Assembly: GCA_002269645.1 (NCBI GenBank)
Contig: NIVC01002073.1
Coordinates: forward strand, 62,001-126,000
DNA: 64,000 nt
From: Macrostomum lignano
Taxonomy: Eukaryota
Direction: 5' to 3'
The position numbers and the translations under genes are program-made. A model generated the notes under the pieces. That model saw only the letters and a program-made list of their open reading frames with translations. It was not told the origin of the DNA and ran no database searches. This document shows, in pieces, positions 10,968-22,890 of the stretch; positions within the stretch are counted from its first letter, which is position 1; every line of letters begins with the position of its first letter.

Positions 10968-11630
10968 TTAAAAGGCAAGAATAAGTGCCCAGCGGGCACA
11001 AAGGTCATGGTACAATAAATTTACTCATTCTTAACTTTTGCCAAAATTCTTGTTAATTTTGAAACACCCACACTTGTGGTTGGCCCACAGATACTAAAAT
11101 AATTACACGGGCCACTCAGTCATATATACTTAGTAAAACAGCTTTCTACTGTCAGTTCAGTAGCAAAGAGGAATATAAGCTATTTTATAAGAATAAAGGC
11201 AGCAGAAATTACTTTGATAAGTTTAGAAGCCAAGCAGCTTGCAGGCGAAACAACTTGCTTATTGGATCAGTGATAATGTACATTAGCCAGTCCACTGAAA
11301 TGTACATGGCACCTTTAGGCTGGAATTCCCAGAAAGGCAATAAAAATTGGGTGGCAGGGAGGGGGGTGTGGAAAGGCTCAGTTGCAGGGTTTAAGCTAGG
11401 GGGTAAGAGCCAATGAATGAGCCTTGACTTTAAATTTAAAAATACAATAAAATGCTTCTGTTTAACTCACTACTGAACTAAAAGTAGCTTACACGCAAAT
11501 GTGCTGAGTGGCCCATATGTGGCTTGGCCCAAGGCCGAATTTCCTAAACAAGCCGCAAGCTTTGATTGGTCTGTTTATGCACAACAATTAAAGCGCTACT
11601 TAACTATTACTCTTATCCACCTCAATCCAG

Positions 11631-11858
11631 GTAAAGAAAGTGCGCCATCTGCTCATTTCCGGTCAAACGCGCATTCACGTTGATCGCGTGCACAACCTGG
11701 GTGATTTTATGGAACTGGAAGTGATGCTGACCGACAGCGACAGCGTGGAAGCTGGCCAGATGATCGCTCAGCAACTGATGAAGCAGCTGGGCGTGGCGGA
11801 GGCTGACCTGTTGGCTGGTGCCTACATGGATATGCTGTTGGAGCTGAATAGTGGCTAA
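11631..11858 (+). CDS. Terminal exon of a CYTH-domain (CyaB-like / triphosphate tunnel metalloenzyme) gene; upstream exons not found in window
   Basis: Acceptor ctcaatccag at 11630. VKKVRHLLISGQTRIHVDRVHNLGDFMELEVML...AYMDML matches the CYTH C-terminal half. Stop TAA at 11856-11858, with AATAAA about 50 nt downstream. Confidence 0.85.
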   Translation, partial: VKKVRHLLISGQTRIHVDRVHNLGDFMELEVMLTDSDSVEAGQMIAQQLMKQLGVAEADLLAGAYMDMLLELNSG

Positions 11859-12039
11859 CTGAATTATAGAACTTTACGTGTAGGTGCAATAATATTGTAT
11901 ACTATTGCTAATAAAGTTATTTGTGTTAGGGATATTTTACACTAGCGCCAAGCGGAACAGAAATAAAATACATTTTATACAGCCAACCATCTCAAATGCC
12001 TATTAAAGTAACATTGATCGCTCTTTATTCTCTCTGAGA

Positions 12040-12435
12040 TTCGCCCTTAGGTCTTCCTGGGATTCACCGTAAAATCTCACCGAGATTCACCCTTCAATTT
12101 CACTGAGCTTCACCCTTAATCTACCTGAGATTCACCCTCACATCATTCTGAGATTTGATCCTAAATCTCACTGAGATTCATCCTTAATCTACCTGAGATT
12201 CACCCTTAAATATTCCTAAGATTCACCCTTAAATCTCCCGAGGTTCACCTAAAAATCTCACTGAAGTTCACCCTTAAACCTCACTGAGGTTCACCTAAAA
12301 AAAACTGAAGTTCACCCTTAAACCTCACTGAGGTTCACCTAAAAATCTCACTGAAGTTCACCCTTAAACCTCATTGAGGTTCACCTAAAAATCTCACTGA
12401 AGTTCACCCTTAAACCTCACTGAGGTTCACCCTTA
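12040..12435. repeat. Minisatellite, about 45-bp unit made of two related halves
   Basis: aaaatctcactgaagttcacccttaaacctcactgaggttcacct, degenerate at the left edge. Confidence 0.85.
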
Positions 12436-13083
12436 TCTCACATTTACTGTTCTATTTTTCACCGAGGACCTCCCCTCAATGAACTCTAGTATATTCAAAT
12501 TACCATAAAAAATAGTCACTGAATCGTTGTTATTCTATTGTATGCAGTGGTTTTCGAAAGTTTTTCAAAGCTTTTCAAAAGTACTCTATCATGTATTTTT
12601 TAATTATTATAAATATATGCATTTATGTTTCCATAATATCTATAACTTGACAGTAATTTCTTGTTAAAAACGATAAAATCTGTTTGTCCATTAAAAAAAC
12701 TTTCAGCAACCCCTTTTCCCTTTTTTAATCATTTTGACGGAGGTCAACTATGACTCAGCCCACAAAAGCGGCGAGTGAATGAGCCATGCCTTAGGTTCAC
12801 GCCTTCGGAAGCAATTAACATGCTTATATATTTCAATCTGTTCAATCTACTACAGACCCATGTTATTGTAATGAAGGCGCTCTCGTGCAATACGCCTATG
12901 AGAATCTTCAAGTGTGCTTGGCCTGAGAATTCGGTTGTACAGCTTGCTGCTGGCTTTTTCTTCCTGTCTCAGCAAGACTGGCAGCTCAGTCTACTCGGTT
13001 CAGCATAGTGAGTGTGTTTATATAAGCGTGTCTTAGCTTGTCCGGCCCTCCAGTAGCAGAGAAAGTTTTAACACGCGCTTAGA

Positions 13084-16000
13084 ATGACTTCTGCGAGCTG
13101 GGACCGCTTTAAGATAGTGCTGCTAGGCGAGAGTTCCGTTGGTAAGACTTGCCTGCTGAAGCAACTGGTTGGCGAAGGTTTCGCCCCACAGACTGTCAGC
13201 ACCATTGGTGAGCTCTTGATAATCAGATTTCATTTGATAAACCGTGCAGTGTTTGAGAAGCAATAGTAGAAATAACTGCAGACATCGTGACATCCTGCTG
13301 AGCACATGCAAGCGCGCCAATATACTGTACTCAGGCACCCACTCACACCGGGTGTACAACAGCCCTGACTTTCTAAGGCGATTCACGCCCGATGTGTTCA
13401 TGCTAGACGATGCATGGTATGAAGTCGGCGTGTGCTTGTGCGCGCGTGTTCTCAAACCATATGAACGCTACACTCGCGCAAAATGCATTATTAACACTAC
13501 TTCGCAAAATGCATTATTAACACTAAGACATCCCATCTTCTTGACTTCCTAATTGAAAATATAACAATTTTGTCTAGAAAGAGATACACTACCGAGATAT
13601 AAACAGCTGATATTTTACCCGGAACTTAAATTGCTTGCTAGTCTCCGTTCACGTTACTTGATAAACATGTGAGGGCACCTAGGACAAAAACACACGCTTG
13701 CTTCATTTGGAATTTGGGAGTCCGGAAGGTGAGATTTTGGGAATTGAGTGCTAAAAAAGCTGTAACAATGTGTAGTAATCTCATGTTTATTGAATGAGAA
13801 ATTAAATCCGCATGCAACATTTTAAGAGTACATTTTGCTTGCGAAATTGCATTCCAAAGGTGTCGACTTCAGGCGAAAGAAATTCGTAATTCATAATCGA
13901 GGCATTGAGCTTGAAATTTGGTGAGTAATTTACCTGTAATTTGCTCTATGGATGCTGCAAGTTTGTTGAATTCAGAAATTTTTGTTTGATTAAACGTTTT
14001 AGGGACACTGCAGGACAAGAGAAATTTCGCAGCATAACAGCTTTTCAATACAGAAATGCCCGGGTGAGTTACGGTTGCTTGATGTTGCAGATCCTCATGA
14101 ATTAGAAATAGTTTTTGTTAACCCCATGCATAGGGTTCTAGCCTATAGTGTTAGAGCGTCGGACTCACGACTGAAAAGTAGGGTGTTCGAATCTTGACCC
14201 ACTTGGAACAATTTGTCTCCTTGAGCACTTGACACGTAACTCTGCATTGCTTCAGTTCACCCAGCTATAAAATGGGTGCCAGCATTAGCTGGGGTAATTG
14301 AGGGCGTGTGGCGACCCCCCAGTCCTTGGACTGAACAGCCGCAAGGCATTGTTGAATAAAATCGCAACACAACAATATCACCTGCACGGACCAGGGCATC
14401 CTGCTCATCTACGACATCACCGATCGGCAGTCGTTTGAGCGAACCAAAAGCTACTGGTTGCGCAGCATCAGCGAGGTATGATGCTGCATGTAGATTAAAG
14501 TCTAGATAAATGCTAATATTCTCATACTACTTATATGCGCAAAAAAGTAGTATTTGTGCGCCTATTTGATGATGATTTGAAGCCGTCTTAACGGACCCCG
14601 CAGCATGCTGGCGAGGACCACCTGATTCCGGTGTTCCTGGCGGGCAATAAACTTGATCTGGCGAGTCGGCGTCAGGTGACCCATGCCGAAGGCATCCAGG
14701 TGAGATAATTGTAAGCTGTACCGCTGTCAGGTGCTTCGATGTACGCTTGTAGTGTGTGACGCTTGCTGAAACAATGGGTGAAGCGTCTGTCACGGTTCAT
14801 AAAAATTGTTGAAGCATCTGTCACATTGGGTAACCATGGGTGAGGCTTCTGTCACATTGGGTAACCATGGGTGAAGCTTCTGTCACATTGGGTAACCATG
14901 GGTGAGGCTTCTGTCACATTGGGTAACCATGGGTGAAGCTTCTGTTACATTGGGTACCCTAGTTGACAATCTTACAAACTGACTTGTCAGATCTGATTTC
15001 TCTTGAATAGTCTTATTAAATCTTCTCAGATCTGTTCAGAAAATGTAAGTGACAGATAAAAATCTATGATTAGTATGTTTTGTATGCAAACAATATTTTC
15101 CTGCTTTAAAAGTCGAAAAAGCTTTTATAATGTGATAATTTAATTCACTATTCACAGTTTAGTTGATCTAACAGATTTCGCAAGGTGATAATGCAAGTTG
15201 CGATTGCATATGTATCGAAGGGAAAATTTATAATAGGTAAAAGGAGTACTGCACAGCAGAATTGTATTACATATAAAATTTCAGCATGATGTGTTTCATT
15301 TTTACAGTTTAGTAATCTTAAACTGATATTCCTATGTACATGTACATATGTAGTCATTTTTACACTGTCGTAAAATATTTGCTCAATGTATAAGAAACTA
15401 TAAAAACGTATTTGTACACTTAAGTAATATATAATAGTTGTATTTACTCATCTAAATGGGCAAATGGGCAAGTTTATAAATAAAAAATGTGCCCTGTTTG
15501 TTTTAACTATGTTTTCTTTTAAATAAGCTTCTGCTGTATGGGTCTCCCTAAAACACGCACCGCACCGCCCCGAACCGCTACACATTATAACATTTTTTGT
15601 CAATGCAGTATTTGATTGCAAAGAAAACTATTTGTTGTACGAGTAATGGAATAAATATCTTTAATTAATATTATAAATATTGTTATTATTTTTTATATTC
15701 TCGTTTTCATTATAAAATTATATTATTAATTTTTTATTAAAATTATTAATAATATCACTTATTTTTCACCGAATTTCATATTTCATAGTAAACAAACTTA
15801 ATTTAATAAAACTTTGAAGCTTAACAGAAAACGCATTTTGAAGTGTCTTCAGTTATAGTCCAATTTGTTTTAATGTGTAGCGCTGCAGGGCGGTGCGGGG
15901 CGTGTTTTAGGGAGACCCCTGCTGTATTTACTTTCGTAGATCGATTTATCGGATATTCATCTAGGCTTACAAATTTACCAACGCGTCTGCTAATTTGTAG

Positions 16001-19000
16001 GCCTAAGCCTATGAAAAGTTTTTTGCTACTTTCTATTTAAATTTTTCAGTAAATACTTTATTTGCAATGCAAGTGACAAGAGCAGCCATTAATGGCCCGA
16101 GTCCAGGAAATGAAGCTAAAGTCTTTGTGTCTTTGTACTGCATTCTGTGCTGTGGTAGCAGTACTAAGAATTTTTTACAAATCTTCAAGCTAACAGACAC
16201 TCGATTTTCATCATGTTCTTTAGAAGCACGCCTGCGTTGAGATTTTGTAAGTATGGAGCTCTACATTGTTAGGCCTAATTAGAGAAAAAATGATGATAAG
16301 CATTGGCCTAGCCCTAGCCTACCTAGCCTAAGCCAAGCCCTAGGCACATGACGAAGATGGCCACAGCTCTAAATATCTAAATAGATCATAGGCCTAGGTC
16401 TATATATTTCCTCATTTCCTATTATTAGTATAATGGAGATAAGTAAGGGAGATAAGTACTAGGGCATATATATATATAAAAAATAGAATTAGATTAGGCC
16501 TAACCAAACAAAAACTTGAAAAAACAATTTTTTATTGTGAATAAAGTCTAAAAATCTGTTATTGCATGATATTTATATATTCAATTATAATTAAACTTCA
16601 TAATTTACATAATGATGGCACTAGGGGGGGGCCTAAGTTATGAATTAATATTAAAAAGTTGATAATACAGAGATTAAAAAATTCTATGCTGTAGCCATCT
16701 TGGACTTGGTTTTACACCCTACATGTATCACTAAGCCATGTTGCCCTTCCATTGTCATTCTATCCTAGTTTGGTTTTCACATTGTTTTTCTAATTTTGAC
16801 CTAGACCTAATTTTTTAAAAGTATTTGGGCTAAAAATATAGCAGTGAAGTATAATTTGCATATTTAAAAACATTAAGGCAAAACCTTTAGTTTATGCTTT
16901 TTAATCATTGGGACAGATATTTTAAACCAAATGTGTAGTGTATGAAGGCATTGTCCAGTGTCCAAGCCATTAATTCTTTTATACCCGCAGCCACAGAGCC
17001 AACAAATCTGCTGTCAAGTTTGATTGATATGGTAAATCATCAGATTTTAGAAAGAAGCAAACAAATGCTTTCAAGAAATCATGCAAAATATTGATTTTAA
17101 CCTACCTGCAACTTGAGTAAGTATTGTGCATATTTCTCTGAAAAGTACTAGTGTATTTCATTATCATTATTTCAATTATTGTATATGTATACTCCACTTT
17201 ATTTTTATTTCAAGATGCTTTTCGGGCTTGCTATGGACAGACACTGGAGAGCTACTTGGCTGTTGCTCAACCAAGCATCTAGATATTGTGCCAGGACAAG
17301 TGTCAAGAAGCACAGGTGTCAGCAGGCCAATCGAGGCAGCGATAAGAGCCCTACGTCAAACCCTCGACACCATCGGCAACCCGCGGCTCTCGGTTCACAT
17401 CTGTACCGACTCACGATCAGGCCTTCAGGCCATCAACCAAGGCCCGTACCGTTCTACTAATTCGCTCGTCCTCACGATCTGGCGACTCATCACCGACCTC
17501 CCAGCTCAGACCAGGCTCCACTTCCAATGGGTTCCTGGCCACGCGGACATTGCTGGTAACGAGGCGGCGGACGCCCTCGCCCGCGAAGCTGCAGAATTGG
17601 AACCGAACACCGCGCAACTTTCCCAGGCCTCCGCCAAAAATGCCGTCCGCCACGTACTGTCCAATTGGAGAACTGCGCGGGACCGCACGCATCCGCACCT
17701 GACTCCGACGCCAGGCCACGATGACCTTCCCAGGTGGGGCCAGGTGACGGTCAGCCAAATCCGCACTAAGAAATCCCCCCTGACTCGCGACACCCTGTTT
17801 CGGTTCGGCCTCGCTCAGAACGACCGATGCGCCGACTGCGGAGAACCGGACTCGGTCGATCATCTTATGCTCTACTGCCCCTGCCACCACCAGGCCCGCA
17901 TCCGCACCTGGGGCGGGGTGGTCATTTCCTGGAACGACGTTCTCGAGGGTGGCGGCGCCCTCATCTGTGACTACCTCAAGAGGGTGGGTCGGACCGAGCC
18001 GCCCATTGACGACCCTGGCGGCCACCCGGCCCCGCCCCGGCCGCCTGCGGGCGGTCGGAGGTCGGAGTGAAGAAAAGAAAAGAAAGCAGGCCAATCTGCC
18101 AATGGCCGCAACAGATGGCACTATGAATGGTGCTTGACTTGGTGTCAGTTTTTATAAAATTCTTCTTTAACTTCAAAGTTTCGGATTTGTTTGTTTTTTA
18201 TGTAATGCACTTAAGACACAAAATTAAAAAAGTAAGGTAAAAAATTACAGTTGCTTTTAACTTTTTGATTGATTAATTAACTAATTGCAGGTAAAACTTG
18301 AAGGAATTTTAAAAGTTTCCTTCATAAAGACGTCAATTAAAACAATTTTTGCTGTTGGTTTTAGTGCTAAATAGTTAAATAGAAGTACTGGTATAATAGT
18401 GAGTTAAACATCTTTTAATTGTTATTAAATTGTTATGCAGTGCTTAAAAGACCTTGCTTTTTGGTTTAGTTGTAACTGCATTTGCAGATGAATTTTGTTT
18501 GCATGTTTCTTTGTGCCAATTTTTCTGTCCTAAATAAATTGCCAAAGTTGATTTTTGGTTTTCTAATGCCTACAGTCTGTCTTGAATATAATTAAATGAC
18601 AATAATAAATGTTTTTTTCTAATAAATCCAACCTTATATTAAATTATTTATTGCTGTACATAAACACAAATATAAAGCTTTTTAAGCAATTAATTGTTTA
18701 TATTCTTTTTCCTTTTATTAATATTCGAGAATCAAAGAACCAAAAATGCTGACCATTGAATTCTGCATAGATAAACATATGCAAAATTTCCTGCAATGTC
18801 TTGCCAGATCTTACCCAACTCTTGTCAAATCTTACAGGATACCTTAAGTAAGATCTTATAATTTCTTTGGAATTATTGAAGGAATTGGTAAGTCAGATTT
18901 TGTAAGATTTGGCAAGTCATTGTCAACTAGGGTAACCATGGGTGAAGCTTCTGTTACATTGGGTAACCATGGGTGAAGCTTCTGTTACATTGGGTGAAGC

Positions 19001-20782
19001 TTCTGTCACATTGGGTAACCATGGGTGAGGCTTCTGTCACATTGGGTAACCATGGGTGAGGCTTCTGTCACATTGGGTAACCATGGGTGAAGCATCTGTT
19101 ACATTGGGTAACCATGGGTGAAGCATCTGTGACATTGGGTAACCATGGGTGAAGGTGAATGGGTGATTGGGTGAAGGGTGAAGCTTCCTTCGGAAGTGAA
19201 CAAAATACTCTGATGGAAAGTGCTCAGAGGGCCTATGCATGCTGTGCAAACTTGTACCTGCAGCTGTTAACAGTGGCACCGCTTCCCGTGTTTGATCAAT
19301 GTTCATATTACTGTTTGCCTGTAATTTTTGCTCCAGTTAGTGCTCACTGGGACATTCTCAGTTTACAATGTAGACTCAATGCATGCTCACTCATCAATTG
19401 GCTATTTTCTGCCTTATAAACTATAAGCTTCCCAGCATTAGCTTAACCTTGAGAATGTACATAAATGTATATATTCCATTCGAACGTCTAATCTCTAAAA
19501 TGTGTTTGTGTGTAAGACGTACATATGAACAAAATAATTGCACTAATTACTGTAGCCCCCTAGACAATTATTTATTTAATTTGTTTTTACCTGTTTTCAA
19601 AATAATAGCCCCCTCCATCTAAAATCGTGATCAGGCCCATCTGAGCTGCAGCGCCTACGATTTCTTTGAGACCAGCTCAAAAACTGGGGAGAATGTTCAT
19701 GAGCTGTTTGCTGCTATCGCCGCTGCCATGTTCTCTACCTGGAAGGTGAGGCTACAGTTATTATTGGCTAGCATATTGTAGGCACTGAGCTGCAGCCAAC
19801 CCCTTCCTCATACATGCAGATTGACCCACGCTGTTACATGGCACAGAAGTAAGGCTTTAGCACCAGGGGCTTTAGCACCAGGGGCTTTAGCACCAGAGGC
19901 TTTAGCACCAGGGGCTTTAGCACCAGAGGCTTTAGCACCAGGGGCTTTAGCACCAGGGGCTTTAGCACCAGTGGCTTTAGCACCAGAGGCTTTAGCACCA
20001 GGGGCTTTAGCACCAGAGGCTTTAGCACCAGAGGCTTTAGCACCAGGGGCTTTAGCACCAGAGGCTTTAGCACCAGGGGCTTTAGCACCAGGGGCTTTAG
20101 CACCAGGGGCTTTAGCACCAGGGGCTTTAGCACCAGGGGCTTTAGCACCAAGGGCTTTAGCACCAGAGGCTTTAGCACCAGGGGCTTTAGCACCAGGGGC
20201 TTTAGCACCAGGGGCTTTAGCACCAAGGGCTTTAGCACCAGAGGCTTTAGCACCAGGGGCTTTAGCACCAGGGGTGCCAACACCAGGGGCGCCTGAGCGT
20301 TACTGTAAGGGGGCACCATGTACATTTTCCAGCCGATGGGGGTTAGGCTGTGGCCCCCCTAGCACCTGCGTGTCAGCATGAGCACTAACCAGTCGAGAGA
20401 GAGCTCTTAAGCAGCTGAACCTGTAATGATGACGTTGCTAAAATTTTTTGCTGGGCAGCTCGTAACAGCTTGAGCACAGGTCCGAAATCAGCACTATTTG
20501 TTTCTCCCCAATATTCAGCCGTTGCTTTCTGCACCCCTGCTGCAAACATCCGACGGAGCCAGTGCGGGAGTCGGCGGCGCCGTGCTGGCATCCGCTGCCC
20601 TTGCCAAAAAGAAAAAGCAGCCAAAGCAAAAGACAAAGCAGCAGCAGAAACAACAAAAGCAACAACAGCCGCAGGAGCAGCAGCGGCTGAGGCAGCACCT
20701 GACAGCGGACCGCACTGCCAGCATCCAGTTGCACAAGCCGGCGCCTCCGCCAGAGAAAAGTACCTGCTGTAAAACTGTGTGA
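13084..20782 (+). CDS. Rab-family small GTPase, 7 exons; subfamily not assigned
   Basis: Exons 13084-13207, 13860-13920, 14003-14063, 14395-14475, 14604-14699, 19635-19745, 20519-20782, all GT-AG with consistent phases. G1 GESSVGKT, IGVDF, WDTAGQEKFRSIT, LIYDIT, GNKLD, FETSSK, Q/K-rich tail ending CCKTV (prenylation-type motif). Confidence 0.92.
14130..14350 (+). mobile_element. tRNA-headed SINE, 3'-truncated copy in Rab intron 3
   Basis: A-box-like tagcctatagtgttagag, B-box gttcgaatc, then body cttcagttcacccagctataaaatgggtgccagc. Homologous to the copies at 38.6, 55.7 and 59.7 kb. Confidence 0.85.
14766..14956. repeat. 31-bp minisatellite, left part (resumes at 18933)
   Basis: Unit accatgggtgaggcttctgtcacattgggta, split by the element at 14957-18932. 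Confidence 0.9.
15540..15918. mobile_element. MITE with about 47-bp imperfect TIRs and 9-bp TSD (Mutator-like by TSD length)
   Basis: TIR gggtctccctaaaacacgc(a/c)ccgcaccgccc...gctacacatt at both ends. TSD ctgctgtat at 15531-15539 and 15919-15927. Confidence 0.88.
17333..18084 (+). mobile_element. Heavily 5'-truncated non-LTR retrotransposon (RNase H C-half + Cys/His knuckle)
   Basis: HICTDSRS, FQWVPGHADIAGNEAADALA, CADCGEPDSVDHLMLYCP. (GAAAA)n tail. TSD agcaggccaatc at 17321-17332 and 18085-18096. Confidence 0.92.
18933..19160. repeat. 31-bp minisatellite, right part
   Basis: Same unit as 14766-14956. Confidence 0.9.
19851..20290. repeat. 15-bp minisatellite in Rab intron 6
   Basis: ggctttagcaccag(g/a), about 28 copies. 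ORFs 19821..20381 and 19834..20325 are repeat artefacts. Confidence 0.95.
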
Positions 20783-20941
20783 CTGTAGACTGTGGCGCTA
20801 GAGCTGCGCTGCTCTGGTTTTTCTGGCTTTCTGGGAGGTCAGTCAGGTGCGGCTAGTTTCATTAATAATGATCAAATTCACAGGACTTCGTCCCACAACC
20901 AGCGCTGACGGCAGCTCTGCCCATTCCGCTGACTCCTGAGC

Positions 20942-21322
20942 CAGGGGCGTAGCCAGGAATTTTGATTGGGGGGGGGGGCGTGAGTTAGGGGGCGCCAGCT
21001 TCTTATAGGGGGGCGCCAGTTTCTTTTGGGGGGGGGCGCCAGTTTCTTTTAGGGGGGGCGCCAGTTTCTTTTAGGGGGGGGGGCGCCAGTTTCTTTTAGG
21101 GGGGGGCGCCAGTTTCTTTTAGGGGGGGGGGCGCCAGTTTCTTTTAGGGGGGGGCGCCAGTTTCTTTTAGGGGGGGGGGCGCCAGTTTCTTTTAGGGGGG
21201 GGCGCCAGTTTCTTATAGGGGGGGGGGCGCCAGTTTCTTTTAGGGGCAGGCGCCAAGGCCAGAGTTGGTTGATTGGGGGGGGGGGCCACGGCCCCCCTTG
21301 CCCCCCTCTGGCTACGCCCCTG
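20942..21322. mobile_element. hAT-type MITE with internal G-run tandem repeat
   Basis: TIR caggggcgtagccag / ctggctacgcccctg. 8-bp TSD tcctgagc at 20934-20941 and 21323-21330. Interior is (gggggggcgccagtttcttttag)n. Confidence 0.92.
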
Positions 21323-21544
21323 TCCTGAGCAACATACAAGCGCGCCAATACTGTACGCAGTCACAGCACTCATGCACACGCTCACACAGGGTGTACAGCT
21401 GCCAACAGCTGACTTTTCAATCGTCAGGCATGTACACTCTCTGTGCCTTGGGGGTTGGCCCTCATGGCTGTGAATCGCTCGACAACCCCCTGGTAAATTT
21501 GAACCACGGAACTGTACCCGTCACATCAGGGTTTGTCAGGAATG

Positions 21545-22890
21545 GGTTAATCAGATATGGGTTAATCAGGTGTGGGTTTTAATCAGGTGTGGGTTTTAAT
21601 CAGGTGTGGGTTTTAATCAGGTGTGGGTTTTAATCAGGTGTGGGTTTTAATCAGGTGTGGGTTTTAATCAGGTGTGGGTTTTAATCAGGTGTGGGTTTTA
21701 ATCAGGTGTGGGTTTTAATCAGGTGTGGGTTTTAATCAGGTGTGGGTTTTAATCAGGTGTGGGTTTTAATCAGGTGTGGGTTTTAATCAGGTGTGGGTTT
21801 TAATCAGGTGTGGGTTTTAATCAGGTGTGGGTTTTAATCAGGTGTGGGTTTTAATCAGGTGTGGGTTTTAATCAGGTGTGGGTTTTAATCAGGTGTGGGT
21901 TTTAATCAGGTGTGGGTTTTAATCAGGTGTGGGTTTTAATCAGGTGTGGATTATTCAGGTGTGGGTTAATCAGATTTGGATTAATCAGGTGTGGATTAAT
22001 CAGGTGTGGGTTAATCAGATGTGGATTAATCAGGTGTGGGTTAATCAGGTGTGGGTTAATCAGATGTGGATTAATCAGATGTGGATTAATCAGGTGTGGG
22101 TTAATCAGATGTGGATTAATCAGATGTGGATTAATCAGGTGTGGGCTAATCAGGTATGGGTTAATCAGGTGTGGTTAATCAGGTGTGGGTTAATCAGGCA
22201 TGGGTTAATCAGGTGTGGGTTAATCAGGTGTGGGTTAATCAGGTGTGGGTTAATCAGGTGTGGGCTAATCATGTATGGGTTAATCAGGTGTGGGTTAATC
22301 AGGCATGGGTTAACCAGGTGTGGATTAATCAGGTGTGGGTTAATCAGGTGTGGGTTAATCAGGTGTGGGTTAATCAGGCATGGGTTAATCAGGTATGGTT
22401 AATCAGGTGTGGGTTAATCAGATGTGGATTAATCAGGTGTGGGCTAATCAGGTATGGGTTAATCAGGTGTGGTTAATCAGGTGTGGTTAATCAGGTGTGG
22501 TTAATCAGGTGTGGGTTAATCAGGTGTGGGTTAATCAGGTGTGGGTTAATCAGGTGTGGGTTAATCAGGTGTGGGTTAATCAGGCATGGGTTAATCAGGT
22601 GTGGTTAATCAGGTGTGGGTTAATCAGATGTGGATTAATCAGGTGTGGGCTAATCAGGTATGGGTTAATCAGGTGTGGTTAATCAGGTGTGGTTAATCAG
22701 GTGTGGGTTAATCAGGTGTGGGTTAATCAGGTGTGGGTTAATCAGGTATGGTTAATCAGGTGTGGGTTAATCAGATGTGGATTAATCAGGTGTGGGCTAA
22801 TCAGGTATGGGTTAATCAGGTGTGGTTAATCAGGTGTGGTTAATCAGGTGTGGGTTAATCAGGTGTGGGTTAATCAGGTGTGGGTTAATG
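21545..22890. repeat. 15/16-bp minisatellite
   Basis: Homogeneous 16-mer ttttaatcaggtgtgg block (about 21565-21945), then a variable 15-mer ttaatcaggtgtggg block. Confidence 0.97.

Larger units (their letters stand above)
14957..18932. mobile_element. Non-autonomous CCC-terminus DNA transposon (EnSpm-N-like), 3976 bp including nested inserts
   Basis: Perfect 14-bp TIR ccctagttgacaat (14957-14970) / attgtcaactaggg (18919-18932), TA duplication at 14955-14956 and 18933-18934. Removing it restores the minisatellite unit. AT-rich interior with no transposase recognised. Confidence 0.9.

Noticed and set aside
19821-20381. Collagen- or elastin-like GALAP repeat protein
   Set aside because: 15-bp intronic minisatellite inside Rab intron 6.
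21545-22890. Telomere-like repeat (GGTGTGGG resembles yeast telomeric/Rap1 sites)
   Set aside because: Interstitial, no TTAGGG, and the resemblance is limited to a short G/T word.
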